Below are positions 49,786 through 64,000 of a DNA stretch of 64,000 bases, in pieces; the first letter of the stretch is position 1; each line of letters begins with the position of its first letter. The notes under the pieces are model-generated. The model worked only from the letters and a program-made list of their open reading frames with translations, searched no databases and was not told the DNA's origin. Source of the DNA: Squalus acanthias (Eukaryota); assembly GCA_030390025.1 (NCBI GenBank), contig CM059432.1:84322001-84386000 (forward strand), given 5' to 3'. The translations under genes were made by a program, and so were the position numbers.

Positions 49786-51300
49786 GGCCTGAAATTCCTC
49801 AGATGTGGGAAAGTTTGTGGTGGAACTTGGATCTGTCTGGTTTCCATCCCATTGGGTTTAAAGAATCTCATCATCATGAGGTGAATGCACTGTTATAGAG
49901 GAAAACAAGTTTCCATGTCACTCATATTCCTTTAACATTGTGCACTCTCTCTGTAAAGTAAAAGGTCACACATAACCAATGACAGACAGCTGCTACTGGA
50001 GGAGGAACACCACTAACAAAAACCTGAGCCCATACAGTCCTCTGCAGTTAAAAGACAGACAGGAAAGGCTTGGGAGACGGTGAGGTTGGAGTTGAGGTAG
50101 CCAGCGAAGGTTGGTAAACGCTAGGCAAGGCTCATCATATTCAGAATCATGCTTTCTTAAAAGTATTGGAATGCCCTTACACTCAGCCGCTATTACTTCA
50201 AAAGGAAATGTCACTGCGTGAACAGCTAGATCAGCTTTTCTCTTTTTCACATCATAGGGGGTGCCTTGGAGGAAGAGACTAGCCATTTCAAAGACCACCA
50301 GGAACTTTTAGATTCACAATTCCTGTCCACAACCACTGTCACGTGCTTGCCAACTCTGTCATGGCATCACCCTTACTCCAGCACCAGCATAGAGACACCC
50401 ACTTCAGAGCAAATACTTGGTGAATCAGAAGGGTTTACACTGGATGAAGCACTGACCACTACTGAGCATGAGGACTTGGGCGTGGAAAAGAAGGAGAGTG
50501 TCTATCCTCCACAGAGGGGGAATAAATGACTGCCATCAGCTGATTTACTTAGGAAACCAGATCTCAAAAGCCCAGTCTTCACAAATGCAATGATTAAAGA
50601 GCATCAATCTCACATGTAAGCAATGGAGATGGTTTCTGTGCATATGGTTGAGATGATGGAAAAGAAGGAGGCGTTCAATATCTGCAACTGCAACACACTG
50701 CATGAAGTTTCTCAAAACATACAGAACACCCTGGAGAGAGTGGCAATCCAATAAGTTTCTGAAACAACAAGGAGGAGGTACTAATGACATTGGTGGCATA
50801 GAGTATGGCAGCTAACACTGCTTCAAAAGATGGCTCGAGGGTCAGCCTGAACACAACACTTGCATACGGTTTTCAAGACCTGATTGGAACTATTTACACT
50901 ATAATAACACCTAACAGTAGCACCTCAGAGCCTGTGCCTTGCACCAGTGGTCACAGATATTGCTGTTGCTCTGGAGAGTGGCAATGAGCTTGCTTCCTTA
51001 AGGCCCCCTCTAATGAGGGACCTTCAGATATGAGCTTGGCACCCCCTTGACACTGCAAGAGAAAAGCTGCCATAGAGGTCCCTCTGTGACAGCTGCTTCA
51101 TTGAGATAAAAGTCACCTCAGATCTCTATAGCTGCAAAGGAACCATTCCAGTCATCCACTGCTGAACCTTGTGTCAATCAGGGAGGACCGTGTAGAAGTA
51201 GAAGACTAAGAGCAAGTAAATTAGCTGGCACAAAGGTTAGACACAGTTTTAGAAATAGTTGTAGTTATGGTGAATGATCTTTGGGCACATTTTTGCTTGA
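49786..51300 (+). mobile_element. Highly degenerate Harbinger/Myb-gene remnant
   Basis: GGCCTGAAATT-like end; SSTSIETPTS and GFTLDEAL resemble Myb exon 3; boundaries uncertain. Confidence 0.4.
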
Positions 51301-51639
51301 GAACATACACTGGAATTTTCTCCTTCCAGCTCCACTGTTGTAACTTTGGTTTATCAGAAACCTCGTTTATGCACGCAAGAAGGGTCTATGCTGAAGTTCT
51401 GTTGAAATTACGGCGATGGAGCAGAAAAAACCTGAGCAATCCTAGTGATACAGTTCTGAGTTCATTTCTATGTATGCTTGCAACTTTTTGTTGCTGGAAA
51501 ATGTCTGGGAAATGTAGACTTCTGTCTTATCAAGGAAATAGGTGGAAGCTTTGTGCGTGTGGTGGGGAGAACTGGAGAGTGTCAAGTGACTTTATTTTGG
51601 GTGACAAATTTTATTCAATGAAAACGCTGAACTAGAAGT

Positions 51640-52045
51640 TGTCTCCACCTTGTTCTGGCTGCTGGCTGTCCTGTCCACATCCTCTCCATCTTGTCCTTTT
51701 TAAAATCCTTCATGGATTTGCCTCTCCCTAGCACTGTAATATCCTCCAGCCCTACAATTTACCCGCCACAGAACTTTCCATTTCTCAGACTTTGGCCTCT
51801 TGTGCATCCGCCCTCCCTTCAGCTCATCATTGGCGGCCATGCTTTCAGCTATCTATGCCCTACGCTCTGGAATTCCATCTCTAAACCTTTCCACTTCCCT
51901 CTCCTCCTTTAAGACTTTCCTTAAAACCTACCTCCTTGACCAACCCCTCCTAATATTTCCTTCTTTGGATTGGTGTCCATTTTGACTGATTACACCTCTG
52001 TGAAGTACATTGAGACATTTTTCTACATTAAAGGTGCTACATAAA
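51640..52045 (+). mobile_element. L2 LINE 3' end
   Basis: GGHAFSYLCPTLWNS; SSFKTFLKTYL; AAAGGTGCTACATAAATGTAAG followed by TTG repeats. Confidence 0.7.
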
Positions 52046-52725
52046 TGTAAGTTCTTGTTGTTGAGCACACTTCTCATGTTGTGAGGATGGAGGCCCTTTC
52101 CCCCACCTTCATCATCATCCCATTCACCTCATGGATGCAGCAAGCATTTTTTCACAGCAATATAGTAAGCACCAAGCTACAATGATTTTGGTGACTTTTG
52201 CTGGGCTGTATTGCAAGGCAATAGATTTATCCCGGCACCAAAACGAGACATCAGAATCTTTAGTAACACCTATCTCATGGGTGTCATTAAGTCTGCTTTG
52301 TCCCTCAGTCTGCAGAAGTCAGGAAGCCATGACTGATCACCAATCAACCCTCCTGATACATTACTTTGAGTCATGAAGGTTGGTATGGTGGATTGTCGCA
52401 TTAGGAAAGTGTCATGACAGCTTTCTCGGTCTTATGTATTAATGTGCAGGATAGGATGATTAGCACAGCACACTAGCTGCAGATTATGGAATGAAAGTCT
52501 TTCCTATTTATGAAACTGAGGGGGTTGTCACATGAGGTTTTAAATGCCATATGCATTCCACCAACTGATTTTTGCATCTGTGGGAACCCTGCTAGTCTGT
52601 AGAATTGGACTACTCACTTTCTTTGTTTATCTGGTTCCATTAAGAAGGAATTGAACTGCATGGCCTACCTGAAAAGAGCATCAGTGACCTTTTTCTACAA
52701 TGATGAGTTGCCTGACTCATCAGGT

Positions 52726-54082
52726 CATAAGAACATAAGAACATAAGAAATAGGAGCAGGAGTAGGCCATTTGGCCCCTCGAGCCTGCTCCGCCATTCAA
52801 TAAGATCATGGCTGATCTTCTACCTCATCTCCACTTTCCTGTACTATCCCTATATCCATTGATTCCCTTAATATCCAAAAATCTATTGATCTCTGTCTTG
52901 AATATACTCAACGACTGAGCCTCCACAGCCCTCTGGGTTAGAGAATTCCAAAAATTCACCACCCTCTGAGTGAAGAAATTTCTCCTCATCTCAGTCCTAA
53001 ATGGCCATCCTTTTACTCTGAGACTGTGACCCTGGGTTCTAGACTCCCCAGCCAGGGGAAACATCCTCCTTACATCTACCCTGTCAAGTCCTGTACGAAG
53101 TTTGTATATTTCAATGAGATCACCTCTCATTCTTCTAAACTCTAGAGAATATAGGCCTAGTCTACTCAATCTCTCCTCATAGAACAATCCCCCCATCCCA
53201 GGAATCAATCTGGTGAACTCCCTCTATGGCAAGTATATCCTTCCTTAGGTAAGGAAAGCAAAACTGTACACAATACTCCAGGTGTGGTCTCACCAAGGCC
53301 CTATATAATTGCAGTAAGATGTCTTTACTCTTATACTCAAATCCTCTTGTAATAAAGGCCAACATACCATTTGCTTTCCTAATTGCTTGCTGTACCTGCA
53401 TGTTAACTTTCAGTGATTTATGTAAAAGGACACCCAGGTCCCTCTGAACACCAACATTTCCCAATCTCTCACCATTTAAAAAATACTCTGCTTTTCTATT
53501 TTTCCTACCAAATTGGATAACTTCACATTTTTCCGCATTATATTCCATTTGCCATGTTCTTGCCCACTCAATTAGCTTGTCTATATCCCCTTGAAGCCTC
53601 TTTGCATCCTCCTCACAACTTACATTCCCACCCAGCTTTGTATCATCAGCAAACTTGGATATATTACATTTGGTCCCCTCATCCAAAACATTGATATAGA
53701 TTGTAAATAGCTGAGGCCCAAGCACTGATCCTTGCGGTACCCCACTAGTTACAGCCTGCCAACCCGAAAATGACCCGTTTATTCCTACTCTCTGTTTTCT
53801 GCCCGTTAACCAATCCTCAGTCCATGCTAGTATATTACCCCAATCTGATGAGCCCTAATTTTGTTCAATAACCTCTTGTGTGGCACCTTATCGAATGCCT
53901 TCTAAAAATCCAAATACACCACATCCATCTGGTTCCCCCTTATCTATTCTGCTAGTTACAACCTCAAAAAAATGCGAACAGATTCGTCAACACGACTTCC
54001 CTTTCATAAATCCATGTTGACTCTGCCCAATCCTATTATTATTTTCTAAGTGCCCTGTTACCACGTCCTTAATAATAGATTA
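52726..54082 (-). mobile_element. CR1 LINE 3' portion
   Basis: (CATAAGAA)n tail; LGPQLFTIYIN, KFADDTKL, HLEYCVQF, RRNFFTQRVV. Confidence 0.9.
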
Positions 54083-54085
54083 TAA

Positions 54086-55550
54086 TTTTATTAAAATTTG
54101 TTTATGGGATGTGGGTGTCGCTGGCAAGGCCAGCATTTATTGCCCATCCCTAATTGCCCTCGAGAAGGTGGCGGTGAGCTGCCTTCTTGAACCACTGCAG
54201 TCCCTGTAGTGAAGGTACTCCCACAGTGGTACTGCCCAGGGACTGCATTGGCGAGTTGCTGCAGTGCATCTTGTAGATGGTACACACTGCAGCCACGGTA
54301 CACCGGTGGTGGAGGAAGTGAATGTTTAAGGTGGTGGATGGGGTGCCGATCAAATGGGCTGCTTTGTCTTGGATGTTGTTGAGCTTCTTGAGTGTTGTTG
54401 GAGCTGCACTCATCCAGGCAAGTGGAGAGTATTCCATCACACTCCTTATTTGTGCCTTGTAGATAGTGGAAAGGCTTTGGGGAGTCAGGAGGTGAGACAC
54501 TCGCTGCAGAATACCTAGCCTTTGACCTGCTCTTGTTGCCACAGTATTTATGTGGCTTGTCCAGTTAAGTTTCTGGTCAATGGTGACCCCCAGGATGTTG
54601 ATGGTGGGGGATTCGGCGATGGTAATGTCGTTGAATGTCAAGGGGCGGTGGTTAGACTCTCGCTTGTTGGAGATAGTCATTGCCTGGCACTTCTGTGGTG
54701 CGAATGTTACCTGCCACTTATCAGCCCAAGCCTGAACATCGTCCAGGTCTTGTTGCATGCGGGCATGGACTGCTTCATTATCTGAGGAGTTGTGAATGGC
54801 GCTGAACACTGCAGTCATCAGCAAACATCCCCATTTCTGACCTTATGTTGGAGGGAAAGTCATTGATGAAGCAGCTGAAGATGGTTGGGCATAGGACACT
54901 GCCCTGAGGAACTCCTGCAGCGATGTCCTGGGGCTGTGATAATTGAGCTTCAACCACCACAATCATCTTCTTTTGTGCTAGGTATGACTCCAGCCAGTGG
55001 AGCGTTTTGTTTGCATATATTTAGTCAGCTCTGTAGAAAGTAGCTCTGTTTCTTGATATCACGTGGAGTGACTCGAATTGGCTAAAGACTGGCTTCTGTG
55101 ATGGTCGGGACCTCAGGAGGAGGCCGATATGGATCATCCACTCGGCACTTCTGTCTGAAGATGGTTGCAAACGCGTCAGCCTTGTCTGTTGCACTCACGT
55201 GCTGGGCTCCACCATCATTGAGGATGGGGTTATTCATGGAGCCTCCTCCTCCCCCCATTAATGGTACACCACCATTCACGACTGGATGTGGCAGGACTGC
55301 AGTGCTTTGATCTGATCCGTTGATTGTGGGATCGCTTAGCTCTGTCTATGGCATGCTGCTGCCGCTTTTTAGCATGCATGTAGTCCTGTGTTGCAGCTTC
55401 CCCAAGTTGGCACCTCATTTTTAGGTATGCCTGGTGCTGCTCCTGGCATGCTCTTCTACACTCCTTATTGAACCAGGGTTGGTCCCCTGGCTTGATGGTA
55501 ATGGTAGAGTGAGGGATATGCTGGGCCATGAGGTTACAGATTGTGCTGCT
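54086..55550 (-). mobile_element. Family-B LINE with internal deletion
   Basis: KPGDQPWFN, GVPQGSVL, MFADDC, MEYSPLAW. Confidence 0.85.
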
Positions 55551-56312
55551 GGACATATGCAAACAAAATGGCCTCCTTAATGTGGTTTCCACCTCAAGGA
55601 TACCACTGTGCTGCTCATACCAATGTTTATGTAGCGGCAGTTTTAATTTGGGTCACGTTTGGGGTGGAAGTTGGAGGATTTGTGCGTGGAAGTTGGCTAC
55701 ACCCTATTGATCACATTTAAATGCATGAAGACCAAAAGGAGATGAGATGGAAAATACAGACAATATTTGTCGACCCAAAGATTGCAATAATTTCCAAAGA
55801 CTTTTCTCACAAAGGTTAATTAAGGCATTATGGATAATACTCATTGGGGCTGACTATTTGACTCAAGTGCTGCACCACTGGTGCTGTCGCTACATGAACC
55901 TGTGCACAAGTGGGCAGATTTCCTGGGATAAAGTGAGGTTAGTCCATTTGTATTACCTACAGCTGTATTTAGTGTTTTACCATTGTTGTTAATGGGTTAT
56001 AAATTAAATCGCATTCTAGTGCTATTTGCTGGATAAGAAATTAAAAACAGAAATGCCACTATTAAGACTAGAATTCAATTTGTAATAATACAAATCACAA
56101 TAATACAATTCTGGAGAATACTGCAGAGCGCCATCCAACCTGTCCAGGCTGCGACTTTAAGACTCTGATGATCCTCTCAAAGACCAATCTTGTGGAGACA
56201 TGTGCCTCATCATAGAACTCCTCTGCTGCTGTTGAGACCAATTTAACTCGGGAAATCATCCATAGGAGTGGGGGTAGGCTTTGTCACCCAAAAGTCTACC
56301 TACAACAAGGGT

Positions 56313-56622
56313 TACCTCCCAAACCTGTGACCTCTACCACCTAAAAGGACAAGGGCAGCAAGTGCATGGGAACACCATCACCTCCAAGTTCCCCTCTAAG
56401 TCACACACTATCCTGACTTGGAAATATATCGCTGTTCCTTCATCGTTGCTGGGTCAAAATCCTGGAACTCCCTCCCTAACAGCACTGTGAGAGTACCTTC
56501 ACTGCACGGACTTCAGCGGTTCAAGAAGGTGGCTCTCCACCACCTTCTCAAGGACAATTAGGGATGGGCAATAAATGCTGGCCTTGCCAGCGACGCCCAC
56601 ATCCCAGGAACGAATAAAAAGA
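56313..56622 (+). mobile_element. Family-B LINE 3' end
   Basis: Near copy of 17800-18100. Confidence 0.85.
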
Positions 56623-57589
56623 AACAACAGGTACCAGTGAAACGTGGCCATGTAAATTAGGTGGGGGAGGCAATCCTGGCCCTCCCGATTTTTTTTCTCA
56701 AGGTTTGTAGGAACAGCACTCAAATGTGGGAGTGCCCATGGAAGCTGACATTGGACCTTGTGCTGGGTACCCCGCAGATCCTTGCTCTGAGGGGGCAGAC
56801 AGCATGGCAGGCCTGAGAAGGTGAGTTCTACTTAATCTTTCAGCCTCCCACAGATTTTCAGGCCTAGAGGCTTTGTGTTTTCCAACAGCAGCCAGAAGGC
56901 GCTGACGCCAGCAGTGAGTCCTGCAGCTGTGCTTTTATTCTCACCCCTGTTTCCAGGTGCAAGGCCCTACCAGGGATAGACCGGCACTAGGGGTGTGACT
57001 GGGCCATTTAAATGACCTGAATTACCAAATTCAGACATGGTCAGTTCAAGACAGGTGCAGTACCTGTTCAGTCCCCAGGCAATAGGGAGAGGGGAAATGA
57101 GGAAAATTGGTGCCATAAACCCATTTACGCGTGTGAATTGGGTTTCCACCGCACTGCCGATGAAGTTATGGTGACAGAGCGGTAGCAGCTCTGAGGAAAT
57201 TCCCAGCCATAGTATTTCCACAAGAAGATCTTGTCATTGAGGCAGCTATGTTTTATACTGTTATTATGGGATGCAGATTGCTCTGAATGGATTTTGCATA
57301 TTATGATAACATTAATTATGGACAAATCATTTCTAAATTTGTTTTTAATTATCTAACTCTTTCACCAGCACCTCACATCACTAATCTACCTCACCACACT
57401 CAACTATGACCTCCCCTCCATCACATCCTTTAACATATAATCACAAGGCCACACTGAAATAACTCTTGCTCATTCCAAACATAGTCACCTCTTCCTTTCC
57501 TCTATTCACACCACGTCACTAGCACCATTCTCTTCTCACATATAACTTTCCCAACCATCAACTACTCCCACCACTCCTTCCTCACTTTG

Positions 57590-58610
57590 CATCACACACA
57601 ATTCCATTTATATTCAGCAGCTCCTCATCATCATTCCATCTTGCTTCTTCGACACCTCTCACCACATATACCATGTGCACAAGCTCCAAACATCACCACT
57701 CACCTTTTCAACACACACTCACTAACTCACACCCTCTCTTTCTGCAGGATAAGACTATGCATAATGTCAGGGGGAAGAACAGAATGGGTGCAGGAGTCCC
57801 CAACATTATTGCCCTCACACAAGCAGAGCAAGAAGCCCTGGTCATCACTGGCCCAGGCAGCGTCATGAGTATCGGCGAAGAAGAGGCTGGTGGCATGCAC
57901 AAGCAGGGTGTCTGCATATTACTTGTATCCCTTCATTCACCTCAGCATAGATGTAGCATGCTTAGCAACTTCAAACTGCATTCTCAAAACTGTTACCTGA
58001 TGTACCACTTCTCTCTCTCTCCCATCCTAACTCTTCTCCTTTTTTCCTTTCTTCTAGGGCATTCTCAACACCAACAATCTCCTGCAGAATAACAGACTTC
58101 AGAGGAGGACACTCCCTCTGAGATTGCACCATCAGGCGCTCCACCCATCCCAGGCACCAGCTCAGATGTTGGCACTCCATGTAGACTTGATAACGAGCTA
58201 GAGGGGTCTGCACATGTTGAAATACCTAACTCCAGTGGACAACATCAGGTTGTGGTGGAAGGGGCAGCACAGGAGAGAACCTCATCAGATGGAGAGGCTC
58301 TCTGCCAAGTCTGTTGAAGACGACAGAGATGAGAACTTTGAGGGCCCAGCCATGAAAAGAAAACTGCTGACCTCACATAAACAACTCGATGAGGTATTGG
58401 AAGGCATGCCAAGAAGTCTGACCACTATAGCTGAGAGTGTGGAGGAGTCCGCATCCTGTCTCTCACATGGCATCACCACTCTGTAGTCTACCCTAGATAG
58501 TATGGTCACCAAGAACGCTACAACTGGACCCTCACAACAGAATCCATGTGAGCACGATTTGCAGCTTTGGAGGAAGCTCAAATGGCTGTGATGCAGACTC
58601 TGGACAAGCT
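57590..58610 (+). pseudogene. Degenerate Harbinger Myb-gene exons 2-3
   Basis: CAG|DKTMHNVRGKNRMGAGVP...LTQAEQEAL; DENFEGPAMKRK...SVEESAS. Confidence 0.55.
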
Positions 58611-59426
58611 GGATTAAAATTAACCATCTAATCTACATTTCCCAGCTCTGTCTCGGGGTCTGCAGGATTTTTAAGCCTGTACAAATTCATTACATTTCAA
58701 AACCCAGTCCTTAAACATAACTCATTCCTAAATCCTTTCCTTGAAAAAAAGATTAAAATTCCTGAAACATGACAGTAGCTTTATACAAATCTCATAAATA
58801 ATTGTTTTATTTATGAGTCATTTTACTCAAGTGGTCACTTCAAAATGAAAACTGTTTTGGAATCTTCAGAAGTACGCATTTGCCTTTGCAACTGTAAAAT
58901 TTGTTATACCTCTATCAGACATACTTTCTGAGCCTTTGCAAGAAACTTTTCTATTTATCCATTTGACAATGCAGTTTAAACAAAGAATAAAGCTGCAGTC
59001 TATTTTCCTTCTACAGTTTCTAGTAGTATCAATGTAAGCCCTGAAAGTCTGAGGCTTAGCTGTTCGGCCAGGGCCTCGTCACAAGAAAGTACAAGTTATA
59101 ATTTTGGATTTGCAGAAGCTGTATAGATGAATTTTGCAACACCATGCAATGATGACTACCAAGTGTTATTCTGATGCCTAAATGATCATTTAGAATTTCC
59201 TAATAATTGCTTCATTAGAAAGAAATGGTTGTGTTTATATAGTGCATATTAATTAGTGAAAGAACAAGATTATTGAGTTGTACATGGTTTGTTTAGTCAT
59301 GGCACACCATAGGCTTCCAATTGTGCAGAAAACTCTTTACATTTAAGTAGCACAATGTATTGATAAGATTGAGGTTGTTCTTTGACAGGTTTATTTGAAG
59401 CAGGAAAGGTGAGTGAAGAGACTAAA

Positions 59427-60703
59427 GGGGTTATTTTGGCCAAAGGGTGAAAGCAGGTGCTAAATGGGTGCTGCGCGAATAAGAAACGCCTGTTTGAAAG
59501 TGCGGATTTAGTGCACAATTTTTGGGCTAATTGATGATTATCATGAATTAAATGTGCCTGCAGGTGCTAAAACCGACAACTGACGTTTACCATTCAAGCA
59601 CCAATTAGACGCAATTTTCCTGGAGCTGCATCTGTAGCCTCCATTCACCCACTTCCACTGAAGGTGCGGAATGCGCTGGCAGGGAGAGAAGCCAACGTGG
59701 AAGGATGTCTTAGGGACCGAGAGAGAGGGCGCCCAGGTTCTCAGACGCAGCACTGGAGGTCCTGGCGGAGGAGGTACAGAGGAGGAGGGATGTCCTCTAC
59801 CCGCAGGAGGAAAGGAGACCACAGAGGCAGCTAATGCGACGCATGTTAGAGGGGATTGCCCGGGAGGTGACAGCCAGGAGCCCTGGCCCTAGGACATGGC
59901 TGCAGTGTTGCAAGAGATATAATGGATTGACACGAGTGGTTAAGGTAAGATCCCATCTCACAAACACACTGCTCAATAACTGCACCACCATCACCAGCAT
60001 CACAACCTCAACACACTTTATCCACAATCTAACTATACACTGACATTCAAACACCCCACACCATTGCATCCTGCACAGGCACTATTCACACCTCAGACAC
60101 ATCTCACAGCTCTTCAATCATGTGAGGCAGCACACACACAAACACACACGCGCGCGCGCACACACACACACACACACACAGACCCGTCAATACACTCATT
60201 AACAATCACACTCTCTTCCAGGAAAAAATAGCACATGACAGGCAGCAGCAGGACCTGGCTGGGGGAGGCCAACCATGCCTGCATGACATTACTCCCCTTG
60301 AGGAGGCAGTGCTGGCTGTGATCAGGAGGGGAGTGTCAAACAGGCAGAGCAGGGGCAATATCGCCTAGAGGTATGTGGCAATCCAGCTTCTTTACAGATG
60401 CACAACTATTCCTGATCCCTAATCCCCCAAAGCTATCCTCACTCCCAAATTCCATATGATCTCATCACATCCTCCTATAGTGGCCACACACACTGCAGCC
60501 GAACCATTCCAGCTTTATTATTGCAGGCTTCCAGGAGCAAGATCCACCTCACTCCCAGACCAAGTGCAAGATGAGCAACAACTACTTCGCCACCCCCCCC
60601 ACTCCCCAGAGGAAGAGGAGGAGGAGAGCGAGGACAAATGCACTGCCTCAATGGCTAACACTGTCGCAGGCACCAGCTCAGAGACCGACACCACGCGTAA
60701 CTT
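59427..60703 (+). mobile_element. Harbinger left part with Myb gene (exon 1 59705-59944, exon 2 60222-60370, exon 3 from 60527), cut by CR1
   Basis: PRERAPRFSDAALEVLAEEVQRRRDVLYP...TWLQCCKRYNGLTRVVK|GTAAG; CAG|EKIAHDR. Confidence 0.75.
60131..60180. repeat. (CA)n/(CG)n microsatellite
   Basis: Read directly; lies within Myb intron 1. Confidence 0.9.
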
Positions 60704-60787
60704 AGTCATAGAGTCATAGAGTTATATAGCACAGAAAGAGGCCCTTCGGCCCATTGTGTCCGCGCCGGCCATCAAGCCCTGTCTAAT

Positions 60788-63590
60788 CTAATCCCATTTT
60801 CCAGCACTTGGTCTGTAGCCTTGTATGCTATGGCGTTTCAAGTGCTCATCTAAATGCTTCTTGAATGTTGTGAGGGTTCCTGCCTCTACCACACTTACAG
60901 GCAGTGAGTTCGAGATTCCAACCACCCTCTGGGTGAAAAAGTTTTTCCTCAAATCCCCTCTAAACCTCCTGCCCCTTACCTTGAAACTATGCCCCCTGGT
61001 TATTGACCCCTCTACTAAGGGAAAAAGTTCCTTTCTATCTACCCTATCTATGCCCCTCATAATTTTGTACACCTCAATCAGGTCCCCCCTCAGCCTTCTC
61101 TGCTCTAAGGAAAACAACCCCAGCCTGTCCAGTCTCTCTTCCTAGCTGAAGTGCTCCAGCCCAGGTAAAATCCTGGTGAATCTCCTCTGCACCCTCGCCA
61201 ATGCAATCACATCCCTCCTATAGTGTGGCGACCAGAACTGCACACAGTATTCCAGCTCTGGCCTAACTAGCGTTTTGTTCAGCTCCATCATAACCTCCCT
61301 GCTCTTATATTCTATGCCTCGGCTAATGAAGGCAAGTATCCCATATGCCTCTTAACCACCTTATCTACCTGTCCTGCTGCCTTCAGGGATCTATGTACAC
61401 GCACACCAAGGTCCCTCTGATCCTCTGTCCTTCCTAGGGTCCTACCATTCATTGTGTATTCCCTTGCCTTGTTAGTCCGCCCAAAATGCATCACCTCACA
61501 CTTTTCAGGGTTAAATTCTATTTGCCACTGTTCTGCCTATCTGACCAACCCGTCTATATCGTCCTGTAGCCTGAGGCTTCCCTCCTCACTATTTACCACT
61601 CCACCAATTTTCGTGTCATCTGCGAACTTACTGATCATACCTCCTGCATTCATATCTAAATCATTAATGTACACTACAAACAGCAAAGGACCCAGCACCG
61701 ATCCCTGCGGTACACCACTGGACACAGGCTTCCAGTCACAAAAACAACCTTCGACCATCATACTCTGCCTCCTGCCACGAAGCCAATTTTGGATCCAATG
61801 TGCCAAATTGCCCTGGATCCCATGGGCTCTTACCTTCTTGACCAGTCTCCCATGTGGGACTTTGTCAAAAGCCTTACTGAAGTCCATGTAGACTACATCA
61901 ACGCACTACCCTCATCCACACACCTAGTCACCCCCTCGAAAAATTCAATCAAATTGGTTAGACATGATCTCCCCCTGACAAAGCCATGCTGACTATCCTT
62001 GATTAATCCTTGCCTCTCCAAATGGAGACTAATTCTGTGCCTCAGAATTTTTTCCAATAATTTCCCTACCACTGATGTTAGGCTCACTGGCCTGTAATTC
62101 CCTGGTTTATCCCTACTACCCTTCTTGAATAATGATACTACGTTAGCTGTTCTCCAGTCCTCTGGCACCTCCCCTGTGGCCAGAGAGGTTCTGAAAATTT
62201 GTGTTAGAGCCCCTGCAATCTCCTCCCTTGCCTCACACTGCAGCCTGGGATACATCTCGTCTGGGCCTGGGGATTTATCCACTTTTAAGCCCACTAAAAC
62301 TGCTAGTACCTCCTCCCTCTCAGTACTAATTTGTTCAAGTATATAACAATCCCCCTGCCTGATTTCTATGCCTACATCGTCCTTCTCCATAGTGAACACA
62401 GATGCAAAATATTCATTTAAAACCTCACCTACATCTTCCGGCTCTACACACAGATTGTCACTTTGGTCCCTAATGGGCCCTACTCGTTCCCTGGTTATCC
62501 TCTTGCCCTGAATATACTTATAAAACACCTTGGGATTTTCCTTTATTTTGACCGCCAGTGTTTTTTCATGCCCCCTCTTCGCTCTCCAATTTATTTTTTA
62601 AGTACCCCCCTGCACTTTCTATACTCCTCTAGGGCTTCCACTGTTTTTAGTCCTTTGTATCTGCCAAAAGCCTCCCTTTTTTCCTAATCCATTATTGTAT
62701 ACCCCTTGACATCCAGGGTTCCCTGGGCTTGTTGGTCCTACCCTTGACCTTTACGGGAACATGTTGGCGTTGTACTCTCTCTATTTCCTTTCTGAAAGAC
62801 TCCCACTGCTCTGATGTGGATTTTCCTACAAGTAGCTGATCCCAGTCCACTTTGGCCAGATCCTGCCTTATCATATTAAAATCGGCCTTCCCCCAATTTA
62901 GAACCTTTATTTTTGTCCATCTTTGTCCTTTTCCATGACTACCTTAAATCTCACCGAATTATGGTCACTGTCACCAAAATGCTCTCCTACTGACACTTCT
63001 ACCACTAACCCGGCTACATTCCCTAGAATTAGGTCCAGTACCGCCCCCTCTCTTGTAGGACTTTCTACATGCTGGCTCAAAAAGCTCTCCTGGATGCACT
63101 TTAAGAATTCCGTACCCTCTAAGCCTTTCACACTCTGACTATCCCAGTTAATATTGGGGAAGTTGAAATCCCCTACTATTATTACCCTATTATTTCTACA
63201 CTTCTCTGAGATTTATATCTGTTCCTCTATCTCCCCCTGACTGTTTGGGGGCCTATAGTACACTCCCAGCAAAGTGCTGGCCCCCTTTTTGTTTTTAAGT
63301 TCTACCCATATGGCCTCATTAGAGGAACCTGCTAAGATATCATCCCTCCTTACTGCAGTAATTGACTCCTTGATTAATATTGCAACACCCCCTCCTCTTT
63401 TACACACCCCTCTGTCTCGCCTGAAGATTCTATACCCTGGAATATTGAGCTGCCAGTCCTGCCCCTCCCTCAACCATGTCTCTGTGATAGCAACAATATC
63501 ATACTCCCATGTGTTCATCAACACCTTCAATTCATCTGCCTTACTCACAAGACTCCTTGCATTAAAATAAATGCCATCCAGCCTTGCCAT
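60788..63590 (-). pseudogene. CR1 ORF2 (APE endonuclease plus RT) with stops and frameshifts
   Basis: YFNARSL, AITETWL, RGGGVA, GVYYRPP, SDHN, DFSKAFDKVPH, KFADDTK. Confidence 0.9.
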
Positions 63591-63709
63591 ACTCCCTTGT
63601 GCCGTTACATATTTGCTCTGCCTTCCAGGCTGACTTGATGTTTCCTCTATATTTGGCTGTGGATCACCCCCTACTATAGCTCCACTCTGTATCCCATCCC
63701 CCTGCCAAG

Positions 63710-64000
63710 TTAGTTTAAACTCCCCCCAACAGTACTAGCAAACCTCCCCGCAAGGATGTTGGTCCCATTCCGGTTCAGGTGCAACCCGTCCGACTTGTAC
63801 AGGTCCCACCTTCCCCAGAAGCAGACCCAGTGATCCAGGAAACAAAAGCCCTCCCTCCTGCACCAACTCTTTAGCCACACATTCATCTGCTCTATCCTCC
63901 TATTCCTATACTCACTAGCACATGGCACCGGGAGTAATCCAGAGATTAAAACCTTTGAGGTCCTGCTTTTTAATCTGCTACCTAGCTCCCTAAATTCTTG
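63710..64000 (-). pseudogene. CR1 ORF1 SGNH-esterase-like C-terminus
   Basis: NVWLKSWCRREGFCFLDHW...DGLHLN. Confidence 0.8.

Larger units (their letters stand above)
60704..64000 (-). mobile_element. Near full-length CR1 LINE (continues beyond the window)
   Basis: Tail (CTATGACT)n on the minus strand; complete but disrupted ORF2; ORF1 C-terminus. Confidence 0.93.

Noticed and set aside
56660..57210. Possible MITE ending GAAATTCCCAGCC
   Set aside because: Left end not identifiable

Overview
Eukaryotic, almost certainly cartilaginous-fish (shark-like), non-coding DNA made mostly of nested transposable elements. I found no convincing host exon, rRNA/tRNA gene or CRISPR array. Contents: (1) a dense cluster of PIF/Harbinger DNA transposons (about 10 gene-bearing copies or remnants plus MITEs), each with a 3-exon Myb/SANT-like gene and a convergent HARBI1-like DDE transposase; (2) many CR1 LINE fragments, a second CR1/L2-group LINE family, L2 3' ends and one RTE/BovB-like fragment; (3) Penelope-like elements with inverted arms and minimal hammerhead motifs; (4) Deu-domain and other SINEs, and hAT MITEs. 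Main observations: a 32-bp minisatellite (26560-40302) has taken four Harbinger insertions at the same position of the unit, and its unit contains the Harbinger subterminal motif GTTAGCGC. Two different Harbinger subfamilies carry the same microhomology-bounded deletion of the transposase core while keeping Myb sequence. Penelope insertions fall mostly in Harbinger transposase genes. An AT-rich block with undepleted CpG lies at the start of the window. All family assignments come from manual motif recognition; no searches were run.
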